Shown here: positions 26,059-38,690 of the stretch, piece after piece
How the letters are laid out: the number at the start of each line of letters is the position of its first letter
Position numbering within the stretch: the stretch's first letter is position 1
Source of the DNA: Kondoa subrosea
Lineage: Eukaryota
Length of the DNA stretch: 64,000 nt
Reading direction: 5' to 3'
Assembly: GCA_039545335.1 (NCBI GenBank)
Contig: BCIN01000005.1
Span: 772,641-836,640, forward strand
Made by a program: the position numbers and the translations under genes
Notes under the pieces: generated by a model
Databases searched by the model: none
The model's input: the letters and a program-made list of their open reading frames with translations, nothing else
What the model was told of the DNA's origin: nothing

Positions 26059-27057
26059 ATGACTTCTAGTGCTTCAGAATCGTAGGTCTGACTTCTATGA
26101 ATGTGGAGTCCATAGATAGCTGAATGCGCGGAACTCAGAGGCAGCGAAGACGAGCAAGAATTATTAGAGAGATTACAAGCTCAATGTGCTGCCTCGTTAG
26201 GTTTGGCAGTGAATCCGGCAAAGAGAAGGAAATTGTCACTTGAACCTACTGCTGATGCTGAAGAAGAGGATGAAGATGAAGAGTGGAATGGATTCAGCGA
26301 TGTTAGCGAGATTGAAGAGCAAGTAATCACTTTCCAGGATCCTTCCTACAGCTCTCTACCGGTAGAAGGCAGTTCGAAAGAGAGCTATAGAGCGTTCATG
26401 GTATGTCACTTCATGCTGGTATATTCCGTATTGATATGTAAAGACAGTCACCAAATGTCAGTAAACAGCTACAAAGTGCTAAAGAACCTCGCGCATCTAC
26501 TTCCAAAGTGAAAGAAGATACGGACGAGATGTATGTGATCTTTTCCTTCCTCTCCCTTCCAGTCTTCTGAATTTCTCGAGATAGCGAAATGCGGAAATTA
26601 GACAGCACATTGCAATCCTTGATAGCTACTCTGCCCAAATCCTCCTTCACTTCTTCTACGGATCGATTAGTCCACGCTCCTATACAGAAGAACACTCCTT
26701 TACCAGTGCGCTTTCCTTGCGCTTCATTTTACGTGCTTACCTAATCATATTCATCCTGTAATCCAGATCAGAAGAGCACTTCAACAGACTCGATTAGCAA
26801 GACTTAAAGCTCAGTCAGCTCAAGACAAAACATCAGGTCGAGTAACTTCTTCAACCAAATCAGAAATCGGATTGACCAAGAAAGAAATGAGAGAGCGGAA
26901 TGGAGAAGAAGATAAAAGGAGAAGGAAAGCTAAAGGGATTGGTGGGAATATGGGTAGTATGAGAGGCGGAACGCTTGTCTTGAGTAAAGAAGAAGTTAGG
27001 ATGGGTAGTAAAGGAGAGCAAGCCGCTAGTCGACCGCAAAAGAAGCGGAAGAAGTAG
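26059..27057 (+). CDS. FAF1: Faf1-like 40S ribosome biogenesis protein
   Basis: Spliced ORF from ATG 26059 with an acidic N-terminal region, YRAFM, and C-terminal GIGGNMGSMRGGTLVLSKEEV resembling the Faf1/C1orf131 motif. Confidence 0.6.
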
Positions 27058-27345
27058 TCAAGTGAGTCAATGGCCTGTCATATGAGTGCATGATCTGACT
27101 ACATACGCAGTGTTCGCTGCATGATATTTCTTCTCGGGCTTTCTTCACTTCCCTTTCGCGCGATCATTTGCCGGCCGACGCGCGCGCGATGCACATTATG
27201 ACATTTTCTCCGGCAATTCCCCACTCAAGCTAGTCAAACTCAACTTGGCCTTTCGCTGTATCTCTTTATGCGTGAAGCAGCATGCTTCCATTCTCTCTCT
27301 TCCCGTTCTCCTTTCACCTTGAACTCGGACTAACATTACCGAGCA

Positions 27346-29835
27346 ATGATCAAACTCACTTCCCTGCTACTTCTCGCTGCGTATACCACTGCATCACCTC
27401 TGATCGCAAGACATGATTTACCTGATCCTACTGTCACAATCAAGAATGGTACCATTGTTGGATTGACGCAAGAACAATTCGGCCAAGAAATCTTTTTGAA
27501 CATTCCTTATGCTGATCCACCAAAAAGATTAGGTCAATCGGTACCAGTGTAAGTTGGCATTGCTTTGAATTAACTAATCGAGAATTTTATATTAATGAGC
27601 AATATTAGATCTAAATCATTTGGAACTCTTCAAGCAAAAGAATATGGTCCTCATTGTTGGTCTCGAGTGCCCGCTAGTGGATTTGATGACAATACTGGAT
27701 TCGAGAACTCGGAAGATTGCTTGTCGCTCAATATCATCAGACCTTAGTATGCGATTCTCTCTTGTTGCGGCATCACAGTAATTGGTGTTCTAATTCTTCT
27801 TTGAAGCGGTGTTTATGACGGTCAAGATCCTGTTCCTGTTGCGTTCTGGATTCATGGAGGTACTTTAGCGACCATTGCAAGGTCGCTTTTGACACTAACG
27901 GAACGATGTGTCAGGCGGATTAACTACAGGCGGAGCAGCTGATAAAAGATACAACGGCACAGCTTACGTCGCTGCAAGTGTTGCAAATGGAGAACCGATG
28001 ATTTTCGTCTCAATCAAGTGAGCTTGCTCTTTTACATTAAGTTTGACACTTGCTCACTTCTTACAGCTACCGTTTGGCCTCATTCGGATTCTTGGCTGGT
28101 AGTGAGCTTGCTGATGCCGGACTACTGAATCTGGGTAGTGAGTAGTCAGCAAGGCTGGAGGCGCTGAGCTGATGTGCGATCAATTAGTACATGATCAACG
28201 CCTTGCTTTGCATTGGGTACAAGAAAACATTGGAAAGTTTGGAGGGGATCCATCGTATACTTCTTCCACATGTTTGACCAGACAATAGCTAATTATTGAG
28301 CTACAGCAAAGTTACTATTCAAGGCGAATCAGCCGGCGGGTCATCGGTTCACGCTCACATCCTAGCTTACGGAGGACGCAACGATGGTCTCTTCCATCAA
28401 GGTATAATCGAAAGCGCTGGCCCATCTGGTCCATTCCCCAAACCTGCAGCAGCCGCTTATCAATCCACTTATAATGCTTTGTTGGTTAATACGACTTGTT
28501 CTTCCACTCAGGACGCGTCCTTCGCTGATCAGCTGTCTTGCGTACATTGATGCCTTCCCGAGGCGCTTGCCACGTGCTGATGCGTCCCGGTTTTAGATCC
28601 GTGGTCTCGATATTGGTACTTTCCGAAATGCTACTGCTAAAGGCTCGACCGGTATTGTGCAAGATGGTTCTTTCATCCAGATCGCATCGGCTTTCGAAGG
28701 TTACGGTTCTGGTAAATACGTTCACGTGCCTTTGATTGTGAGTTGCGATCGCGCACCGAAACAATTACTAAAATCTGCTGCAGGTTGGTAGCAATACTGA
28801 TGAAGGAAGAAGTTTCGCTCGCCAAGGTGCAAACACTACAGAACAAGTCATTGCCTTCTTAGGTCCAACAAATGGCTCAAATGACACTGCAAAAGCTTTA
28901 GCACGAATTTATCCTACTGATCCTGTTCTTGGCTGTCCTTGTGAGTCGTATCGACCACAAAGATAACTTCTTGTCATTCATGCTTGCAATAGTCGATACT
29001 GGATCTTATCAACTTTCGCCTTACCAAAATGGGGGCTACAGTACGCCAGGAAAATTGAACAAACAAGTTTCTGCTATTGTGGGTGATGAATCGATGCAAG
29101 CTGGTGCAAGATATTTAGGAAGGGAGATTGGCGGCGAGGTGCCTTTCTACAAATATCTGTCAGTACTTCAATCGATATTGATGTACAGCCCATTCATTGC
29201 GACTGCTTAGATTCGATCATGTGCCCTACGACATCAGCTACGGAGTCTCTGATTATGTCGGTCATTTCCTGGAGGTAAGACTATCTCTGTCCTGTCCTTG
29301 ATATGCCCTGAGCAGCAAATCAGGTCTCTTATGTGTTCAACTTGCAAAATAATGAGTGAGTTGCTACCTAGACGTGATTGTAGTATCTTATACTGTTTCA
29401 GCACTGCCTTCTGGAAAACGTCAGTCAGGAATCATTAATCGCTTGATGAATGCTGACGATACAATCAGGAATCACTTCACTGCAACTTATCTTGGACCCG
29501 GCGCTCCCATCACTGACAGAGGTCTAGGAGAATATATGTCTCGTTCTTTTGCCGCTTTCATCTCTACTGGAAACCCAAATAACGCGAATTGTAAGTCAAA
29601 TGCGACCTATCAGACTTTCGATTAAAATTTGTTTCAGTCTCATCCAAGATCGAATGGCCTAAGTATACTCGGGATTCACCCAAGCAGATGACTTGGCGCA
29701 GCAAAGGCAGTACGATTGAATCAGACGTATGGTGTGATGCTGTTTGCTGAGGCCTGCGCTCACTTATTACATTCTCTCTAGACTTACCGTCAAGAAGGCA
29801 TGGACTACATTATCAACAACATCTTCCTCGCTTGA
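27346..29835 (+). CDS. Secreted type-B carboxylesterase/lipase
   Basis: Signal peptide, FLNIPYA, SEDCLSLNI, WIHGG, nucleophile GESAG, GSNTDEG (acid), GHFLEV (His). Confidence 0.92.
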
Positions 29836-30047
29836 GGGTCTTTGTTCACCAATAGGGACACAAACACGCGTCAGCATGATATGATTTTGAACATAAGATA
29901 ATTGTAAAATAGCTCATAGTTTCCCTTGCTTATATGATTCAATCATTACTTGTCTATGCAGTCAGTGGAGTGAGGCTTGTATTGACAAGATCTCGCAAAA
30001 CTCATCTCGACTTTGTAACACTGTCCGACTTGGACCATGACTTTGCA

Positions 30048-31696
30048 ATGCCTGTCTACAAGGAGCTCGTAGCCACGACCAACGCAGCTTATGCTACGAC
30101 GGAGACGCGCCGTTGGATGGAATCTCTTCTCCAAGTTGGCCCTCGAGGGACGTCGCTGCAGCAAGTTGCTTGTCACAAATGCAGCAGAGTTCTGATCGAG
30201 CAATTGCTGATCGAAGGCTCTAATCCAGACTACGAAGTTATCTTTCACTATCTCTTTGCTTCTCCGGACCGCACGGACGTGCACCATTACCACTCTGGCC
30301 TTTGTTCCTTCTCAGCCGCTGGCGGAGTAGAAGAGAACGAGCAGCTAAGACAGCAGATCTGTGACGATATCAAGATGTTCAGACACATTCACGGAGGTAA
30401 GCTCTCCCAGGCTGTTAAGTCATAGCCATGCTCAGTCTCTATGCTTCGCCAGATCCTCGACCGAACTTACGCAACTCTCAGACTTTGCCATTCGTTCATC
30501 CAGCAGAAGGCAGTGTGCTGAATCAGGGAAGAAGAACCAGGTCGACTAAAACACCTTCGTCAGCTCGTTCCGATAGTGGCATTTCGCTTGGTAGAGGCTC
30601 TTCGGTCGGTAGCACTACACCTACTGCAATTCTGCCAGTCAAGAAGAAGCAGAGTATCAGGAAACGGAAGCGCGAGAAGACCATCGCCAAACAAGCAGCA
30701 GAAGGAACCACGACTCTGAATGTTGTTGCGAGCAAGAAACGCAGACCATCTCTTATCGCTGCGGTCGCCGAAAAGGAACCAGCTACCATTGCCGGAAGGA
30801 AGAGGGAGATCTCATCACCGTTGACTTCACTATCTCCTTCTCCTTTACCTTCTTCTGCTACGGCTGCCGAACCAACACAGCTTGCAAACGATATGTTGCC
30901 CAGACCCAACGTCGCTATACAACCATCTGAAGAGGCAGTTCGCTTTTCTCAAACTAATACACCATCCATTTCTCAAGTAAATCCCTTTCGTCCAGTAGAG
31001 AAAGAAGATGGGAAAACCAAAGAATCAGCCTTTTACATTGATGTTCCCCCTACTGTTCCTAGATCTGCTCCCTCTCGTACTCCGCCTCGACCTCAGCATG
31101 CAGCTATATCAGACTTTTTGATCACTCTAGGCATTCGCGCTTCTGAGAAAGTCGGTAAAGCATTGCAAGTTTTCGGTATCTTGGTCACAACACAAGTCTA
31201 ACATCAGATATGTAGATTTGATCTCGGTCTTCAATCTTCAGAGGATATGAGGTTGTTTGGAGTTGATCGCACTTTGTGGCCTTCGTTTGTTGAGAGAGGA
31301 GTGCAAGGCTTAGATCCCCTTGCACGAGCTCAGGTGATTGTTGCTGTTGATGGATGGCTGCAGAGTCATGTTTTCGTTCCGCAAGTAGTCGTCCAACCGG
31401 AGGAAGGCAGTATTGGAGAGTATTTGAACTCGTTGTCCTTGAAAGGTTTGGGAAACGAGGAAGGAGTTGTGCGATTCTTGTGAGCTCTTCCTCTGTTATC
31501 GTACAAGAGACTTGCTTGATGTGGATACAGGAAGCATCTTGGGTTTAAAGATGTCAAGCATTTCGTTACATTGGACGAGTCAGTCTGGACCGTCTTGCAG
31601 CAAACGCCAGAATGGAAAGACTATGCTATACCTACTTTCCTCAAGATCATCTTGGCAGAAGTGATCGAGCGAAGCAAGCCTGATTGGCAGTCGTGA
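30048..31696 (+). CDS. Hypothetical protein: N-terminal Cys/His motif, basic/Ser-Pro linker, two C-terminal SAM-like repeats
   Basis: Exons joined by introns at ~30397-30451, 31165-31215 (GC-AG) and ~31480-31529. The C-terminus is homologous to that of the downstream gene. Confidence 0.65.
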
Positions 31697-31912
31697 CATT
31701 GTTGGTTAATTTCAAGGCATTCGGGTGATTTGTCTGATGCTCCTGTGCGCCAATAGTATACCCAACATCTTTTATGTCTATGCTTGCGTACCATGATATA
31801 TAGCATGTATACAGCCTTATCGAAAGTCGTGCATTTGATTTGTTTCTCGCATGTCTTTCCGTACCAACGAGTCTTGTTCAATCATATCAGAAGAAGTGAT
31901 ACACGTAGCAAG

Positions 31913-33081
31913 ATGCCCAAACGAGCTCGCGCATCAACAGCTGAAGCACCTTGCCCGAACTGCACGACTGCAACGAATCCAGCGAACGCAGACACTAATG
32001 CACCCTTGGAATTGCAATGTGAAGGGTGTCAGACTGATTATCATTGGCCTTGTGTTTCCAAGCGATCGAGATTGAGTTTGAATAGAATAGAGCAAGTGAG
32101 TTGCCCGAAGACTATGTACTCGATATTGGCTCAATTCTGGTCCAGTGGTTTTGCGACCCTTGTCAGGACAAAGGCGGTAGGAAAGCTACTATCATCACAT
32201 CGTTCGTGTCGCCGAAGAGTCGCAAATCATCTTCCCAGCTCTCGCCTGTTGGAAGCCTCAGAGTAGAGAAGCGGAAGAAAACCCCTAATCGCCCAGTAGC
32301 GTCCACTAGCAGACTATCTCCCGCGCCAGATACACCTGTCCAGCAAGCAGCTGCGCCTGTATCGAACCGCTTGCCTTCCGCCGTTCCACCACTTCCACCG
32401 CGCGCAAGTAGCAACCACCAAGATGGCAGATCATCGACGGCCGCAATTGATATAGATGACGAAGAGGAGGAGGAAGAAGCAGCGAACCAGTCTTCCGTTG
32501 TTACTATACAAGATTTCTTGCGTGAATTGGATAGTAGCTTTTCTGGCGATATTACAAAGGCTATGTGATCTCTCTCTCTCTCTCTCTCTCCATGCAGCAG
32601 CTATATCCAACGAGAATTCAGCCAGGATAATGGACTTATCACGATTGATCATCTACTGCTGTTTAAAAACCAGCCTGAACTCTGGAAAGCATTCATTCTT
32701 TCTTCTCTTATGATACCTCTATCGCCCTTCAGAAAGCTCGTTTGATCGCCAAAGTGTCGTCGAAATTAGCAGAAATGGATTCTTCCGAAACCGAGGAAGA
32801 ACAGGCATCAGAATTGGCAGTGTATCTGAACAATCTACCGAAGGGATTGGGTCGAACTGAAGTAGTAGACTTCCTGTACGTGCTGACAAATGAAAGACGG
32901 GTTGAGCTCATGACCTCCCAGAAATGACCTTGGTTTTCAAGATCCGAAAGATCTGATCAATTTGGACAAAGACGTCTGGACTATCGTCAAGAGTGATCCG
33001 TCATTCACGTCTCATCAGCTTGCTCCGTATCTTAAGTTTGTTGCGGCGAATGTAATCGAGAAGAACTTTTCGGAATCGTAG
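31913..33081 (+). CDS. PHD-finger protein with two C-terminal SAM-like repeats (paralog of the upstream gene; two junctions uncertain)
   Basis: CPNC..LQCEGCQTDYHWPC..WFCDPC is a C4HC3 PHD finger. C-terminal FL|NDLGFQDPKDLINLDKDVWTIV matches the upstream gene. Confidence 0.7.
32569..32590. repeat. (TC)n microsatellite inside an intron
   Basis: About 11 TC units directly visible. Confidence 0.9.
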
Positions 33082-34142
33082 CTTCGGCAATATTTTCTGC
33101 AAAGACGAACTTTTGCTTTGTAGGCCGCTTGCAATCTGCTTGGCACTATATCTGTTGCTTTCGTCATAAGTGCTCTCAAAGTGCCCTTTGTTCTCGTTTC
33201 GTCTTGAATCGAACTTCTTCGCAACCGCTTTCCTTCTTTCCATATCTTGCTCGTAGCTCTCGATACTCTACGCTCTCCATTATTCAGCTTCCGATAAGCC
33301 TTTATGAGCCAATCAAGCCATGTCCATACTTGGAATGCTTCTGACCTTGAAGAATTGAGAGAATTACAGCAATCAGAGCGCATTCGACATGCCCATGGGG
33401 AGATCTTGACGTGATTAGCATTGTCTCGTTGCGAGTCTGTTCGTTGAAGCTCATCATCGTCATTCTAGTCCTATAGAAACGCAAAAGAAGGGCAATTTGG
33501 AAGCTCGACTGCTTTCTCATCAGAAGCAGCAGAGAGAGGAAAAGGAACATCAGCGCCGGCAATTTGCTCAAGACGTTGCGGACATTTCACGCCTTCACGT
33601 TAGACAGAATGCGTAAGTATACATGTTCAAACGTCAAAATAACCGCTTATGCCTTCCATAGTACTGTTGGACTGTTGGTCAAACGCCCAAGTATGGGTTC
33701 TATCGCAAGGTAAGCTCTTTGCACAACTACTTTTCCTAGGTTGTAAGTTGAATTCTGTATAATAATAGCGCAGCCCTAGTACACGGCGTAAATCGTGAGA
33801 TCACACGTGAAGAGGCAGAAAATGATCGGGCTGCCCGAGCTAGGACTAATACTGCATCTACCGAAGGATCTTCGAAGCGTGTCAAAGCTCAAGTAGCCTT
33901 AGATTTAGCGATTCGAAAGGTCGTTCCAGATGTGGCTCAAAATGTTTACCGGCAGGCAAGAGACAAGATACAGGGGAAGAAGTGAATAGGCTTAGAGAAT
34001 TCTCGTGCTGCGTCGCGAAAACATTCTCTTTCTGTAATGACTGTAGACACCCAAATACAATACTAAATGTAAGTATAAGGTTATTCGCATGCCTTTCTTT
34101 GAGTTCTAGGCGGGGATGGTCAGAGACCGCGGTAAGCCACAT

Positions 34143-36133
34143 TCAGGCATCACCCATCTTCTCTCCATGCGCGCTCTTCTGATCAAAGGAGTCCAATCGA
34201 ATCGACAGATCCGGAAGAGGCGCGGGTATCTGCTGTGATTGTGAAGGAGGGATAGCAAAAGCCGCATGACTCCGCTTGAAAGCGGAGCTTCCAGTGCCAG
34301 AAGAGGTCTGTTTTGAGAATGACGTGCGGCAAGTCTTGATCGACACCAACAAGAGAACTACACTGATAGGTCTGTCAATCTTTCATCGTCAGTACCGACT
34401 TTCATATCGTTGGCGAGACAATTTACGTGCCAAATCTAAAGAAACGGTTGAGCATTGGAAGCGAAAAGCAAAAGGCAGCACTAACATTCCATACACACTG
34501 CTGCAGCCAAGAATGAACACTTGACCATTTATTGCCTTAGCAAACAGAGTTCCTGCTCCCAAGCTGACGGGAATGAGCAGAACCGCAACATAGCACTACC
34601 AGCAACATAAATAGATTTCAGTATATCTGGACGGGAGCGACTCACGACACCGATAGCGCAACCTAAGGTAGCATTCACAATCCTTTGCCGACAGAGAGAA
34701 ATCAGGTTATCCAAGCTAGCTTTGAAAGCGCTGTCTTCATGAGATTGACGTGAAAAATTCTTATTGTTGCGTTGCATGATCAGAATCTGCTGTCGAAGAT
34801 CTTTGACAGTGTAAATAACCATGGGCATCCAAAACTAGACACAGATCGTTATGACTTGCAAATGATACGAGATCATCAGCTTACTACGAGAAGACAGCAG
34901 TTGATGATGAGTTCGAACGTGAAGATAACCTTTTAGAACAACTTTCGGCTTTGTCTAATGAAGACCTGAGAATGGACTGACTGCCGACCAAGTAGCCAAT
35001 CCTGCGAATTTCTCCTCTATATTCTGAATCGCGCCAGAAAGCGATTGAAGTGCGATGAGAGGTAATTTTCCCCCAGTCCAGCTAGCTGCCTGCGCATCGA
35101 CAGCAGCCAAAGCGCCCCGGAGTGCAACCATGGTTTCGCTATAGTGTCTATCGAGTGTTGTCGCAATGACCACTGCGGCGCTCAGATACACACAGGGCAG
35201 TATGCAAAATACGCCATTGAACAGCCAAGCGGGACAGATCTGAAATATTCAAAAAACATTTGGATGCGGCATGCTGAGCAGACATGGGTTCTCACATTCC
35301 GACCATCTTTAGCGACCACGCTTACAGCGCAAGACCAGATTTCGACTGGAGCAGCACCGTGAGCCTATTTCAATAGTATTTAAGGCCAACCTACGCCAGG
35401 CTTGGAAAGTTAAGAAGATGAGAACGATGATGATTAAAGCCAATGATTCGTTTGTTAGAACAGGGAAAGAGTACAGAGCCATTCTATTGTGGATAATTGA
35501 GATCGTGTAAGGCAATAGTGAACTCCAGAAACTTGCCTGGCACAGCTGACGATCGATAGAATGGAATATACAACGCCGAATAAGGCGAAGCCGACCGCTG
35601 ACACAGGATCAGACTGTACAAGAGATGTCAAAGACATCAAACACACCGACGTTGGGCCTGAGATGAGCGAGGATTCAGTCCAAGCGTCGAGCAAAGGGGA
35701 GATAGCGTACGTGAGATATCTCTGGCTGCGCGAGTTGCTGACTAGAGAGCGATAAGTTCAAGTGTCATGCATGTGTATGCAAAGTACTTACTTCGCATAA
35801 CCCAGAAGCGACCCTGTATGATGATGTTAGCTGAAAGTAGAGGGTCAGAAACTTTCAGACTCACACTCTTGACACGAAGACCGATGGTACACGCATGGCA
35901 GACCAATGAGATGACATTTAAGCCGGCCGACGCCCAAAGAATAGCTTGATAGGCTGGTGTGCGGATGTTTGGAATCAACGAGCGCATAGCTAGACCGAGA
36001 TATTCGTAAGGGTTACTAGTGTGACTGATGAGTCATGCATAACAAGAGACTGAGAAACCACTCACACATCGCTTGGTAGTGCTAATACCGACGCAGCCAA
36101 AGCGTTGATTTTGTCTTCAGATATCAGAGGCAT
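34143..36133 (-). CDS. Orphan multi-pass (~7 TM) membrane protein, tandem copy A
   Basis: Starts MPLISEDKINALAASVLALPSD; contains QILIMQRNNKNFSRQSHEDSAFKASLDNLISLCRQRIVNA; ends LPDLSIRLDSFDQKS. Confidence 0.75.
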
Positions 36134-36705
36134 AACGACAAATATAAAATGATTGCAAAGAGAAAAGAGCAATCGCAAGATATGGATTGACGGCAAGCGA
36201 TGCACAGAGCGTGGGGTTGTGCGACGGCATCAGAACGGGACCGTGCAAGCACTAACATCCGGTGCTAAGATCGCCAGGCAATCCCTGTGCAACTAATGCG
36301 ACTAATGCAGGGCAGAGGCCGAAGTATAGGAGTACATCTCACAATAGCGAGGCCACGTAATAGGATACAGTGCAAGATTCAGATCTGAATTGAAGTTTGA
36401 TCAAGGCATGCCCAAGAATCATTGACAGCGATCTGATATTGCGAAAGGCTCAGCTGAGGCATAAGCGCACACGCCGGCGAGAGGTTCAAAGCATCCGCTG
36501 AGTCATCAATTGTAATCATTGAAGGGAATCAAAGACAAAGACATCGCTGTAGCAGTGAGGATGTTAACGTTCAACCAATATAGATGTGCAATGCAGTGAG
36601 TGGGTATTGTAAGCTTTCCTAACGTCCAGAGCAGACAAGCGACCCATTCGCGCAGTCTCGGATAATAATAGCGACTGTAGTAAAGATACAGCCCGCAAAT
36701 AATCT

Positions 36706-38690
36706 CTACATGTTTCCACTCTTCCTCGAATCACCCTCGATGCTCTTTCGGTTCCACGAATCTAGCTGAATAGGCCAATCTGGCACATTCGTCTGAGGAG
36801 CATGCTCTGATCGCAGAGGTGAACTTGGTGCAGAAGCCTTGTAACTTCGCTTGGAGGTTGTGCTGGACGCATTCTTTTGCATCGGCATGCGCGAGGTCTT
36901 GATAGAGACACTCAGAAGTACGATGCTAATAGGTCTGTAGGGAAACATAGTTAGCCGAGTACTAGGCTGAGAAAGATTACTTGCGTGCCCAATCTATACA
37001 AAACAATCAGTATTTAGGCAGGATAGTTGAAACTTAACGAACACTGCGTAGATGAGGCCACTGAGCAGACGAGAATAGACGTTCGCAAATGAGAAAGATA
37101 ATGCTAAAAAGAAGAAGAGGCTCACCTGCCAAGGATGAATGCCTGCCCATTCGCAGGTTGCCGGAACATAGTACCTGCTCCTAGTATGACAGGGATCAAC
37201 AGGACAGCAACGTAGCACTATCGTCCTATTTAGTCACGCCCTTCAACACGAGAGCAGCTGCTCACAATGCCAATGGTGCAACCTAATGAGGCGTTCAGGA
37301 TGCGTTGTCGACAAAGGGAGATCAAATTGTCCAAGCTCGCTTTGAAAGCGCTGTCTTCTTGGGATTGATGTGAGAAGTTTTTGTTATTGCGTTGCATCAT
37401 CAGAATCTGCTGTCGAAGATCTTTTACGGTGACGACGACGAGGGGCAGCCAGATCTAAGGTTCCAAGATGAGTCAGGGCCATTGCAAGGAATCGAACTGA
37501 CCGCCAGGAGAAAGCAATTAATGATCAGTTCAAAGGTGCAAATCAGCTGAAAGCTCATGAGCCTAGTCGTTGCACACAAAATAAACGCACCTCAGCCCAT
37601 TTAGATAGTTCCTTGAAGTTGACCTCGATTGTCTGCAATGCCTTGGAAAGGCCTTGAAGCGCAATCGCAGGCAGTTTTCCACCAGTCCAACCGGATGCAG
37701 CTGTATCGACTCCTTCCAAAGCATCTCGTATGGCAGAGATGGTACCGCTGTAGGCATTGTTGAGCGTTATCGCAATTACGATTGCTCCAACTAGGTAGAT
37801 GATCGGAAGAGTGGTGAAAATGCCATTGAAGAGCCAAGCGGGACATATCTGTAATTATTTGCTGACATCGGTGCAAGTCGTGCGATGGCTGAATTCTGCT
37901 CACATTGCGATTCTCTTTTGCGCAAACACTAACAGCGCAGGACCAGATCTCCACTGCATAAAGACGTAAGCATGTGCTCGATCACCCAGTATCGGACTTA
38001 CTCCAAGCCTGACAGGTCAAGAACAGGAGCACGATAATAATGCAGATGAGCAGATCGTTCTTGAGTTCAGGAAAGGCGTAGAGAGCCATCCTGTGTACCC
38101 GCGTCAACATAAAGCATAGTATACGATCGAATTGTATTACCTAGCGTTGCTCACTATAGCTATAGCGGAGTATATAATGCCAAATACCGCAAAATTGACG
38201 GCAACATTTGGTCTGCTGAAGATCTGAGTATTTCAGATTGTGCAAGGGAGATGCAACCTTACGTCAAGTATTTTTGGTTGCGGGAATTGCTGACTGATAA
38301 CGCTCGAACATCAGATATCTGCGACACAGCCATAAGATTTCGCGCATACATCGCATGACCCAGAAACGACCCTGCACAGATAAGCTCCGTGGAAGTCTCG
38401 CAAAACTCTTCGACATACTGCTTTGAGCCGGAAGATAATCGTCCCAATGTGACAGACAAGGGCAACCGAATTCAGTGCAGCAGCAGTCCAAAGTAGAGCA
38501 GAGAAGACTGGTGTACGCAAAAGTGGAAGGAAAGAGCGCATCGCTTGTCCAAGGTACTGATACGGATTGCTATAAATTCTGACACATCAGTCTGAGCGTG
38601 AGCGGGAAGAGAGCGGACTTACACATCTGCTGGTAACGCCAAAACTTGACCAGCCAGGGCTGCAACCTTGTCTGGAGTTATGAACGACAT
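36706..38690 (-). CDS. Orphan multi-pass (~7 TM) membrane protein, tandem copy B
   Basis: Starts MSFITPDKVAALAGQVLALPAD; same SAFKASLDNLISLCRQR block at ~37300-37420; ends VPDWPIQLDSWNRKS. Confidence 0.75.

Noticed and set aside
14985..32745. Programmed ribosomal frameshifting at the two single-base frame breaks
   Set aside because: Neither site has an X XXY YYZ slippery heptamer or a known +1 signal. Mutation, sequencing error or splicing is simpler.
33001..33600. Possible small minus-strand gene (ORFs 33001-33243, 33015-33383, 33302-33571)
   Set aside because: No coherent spliced model or recognisable motif could be built, and it overlaps the 3' end of the PHD gene.
36240..36310. Repeated CTAA(T/C) short motifs upstream of 7-TM copy A as regulatory sites
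   Set aside because: Too short, and not clearly conserved upstream of copies B and C.
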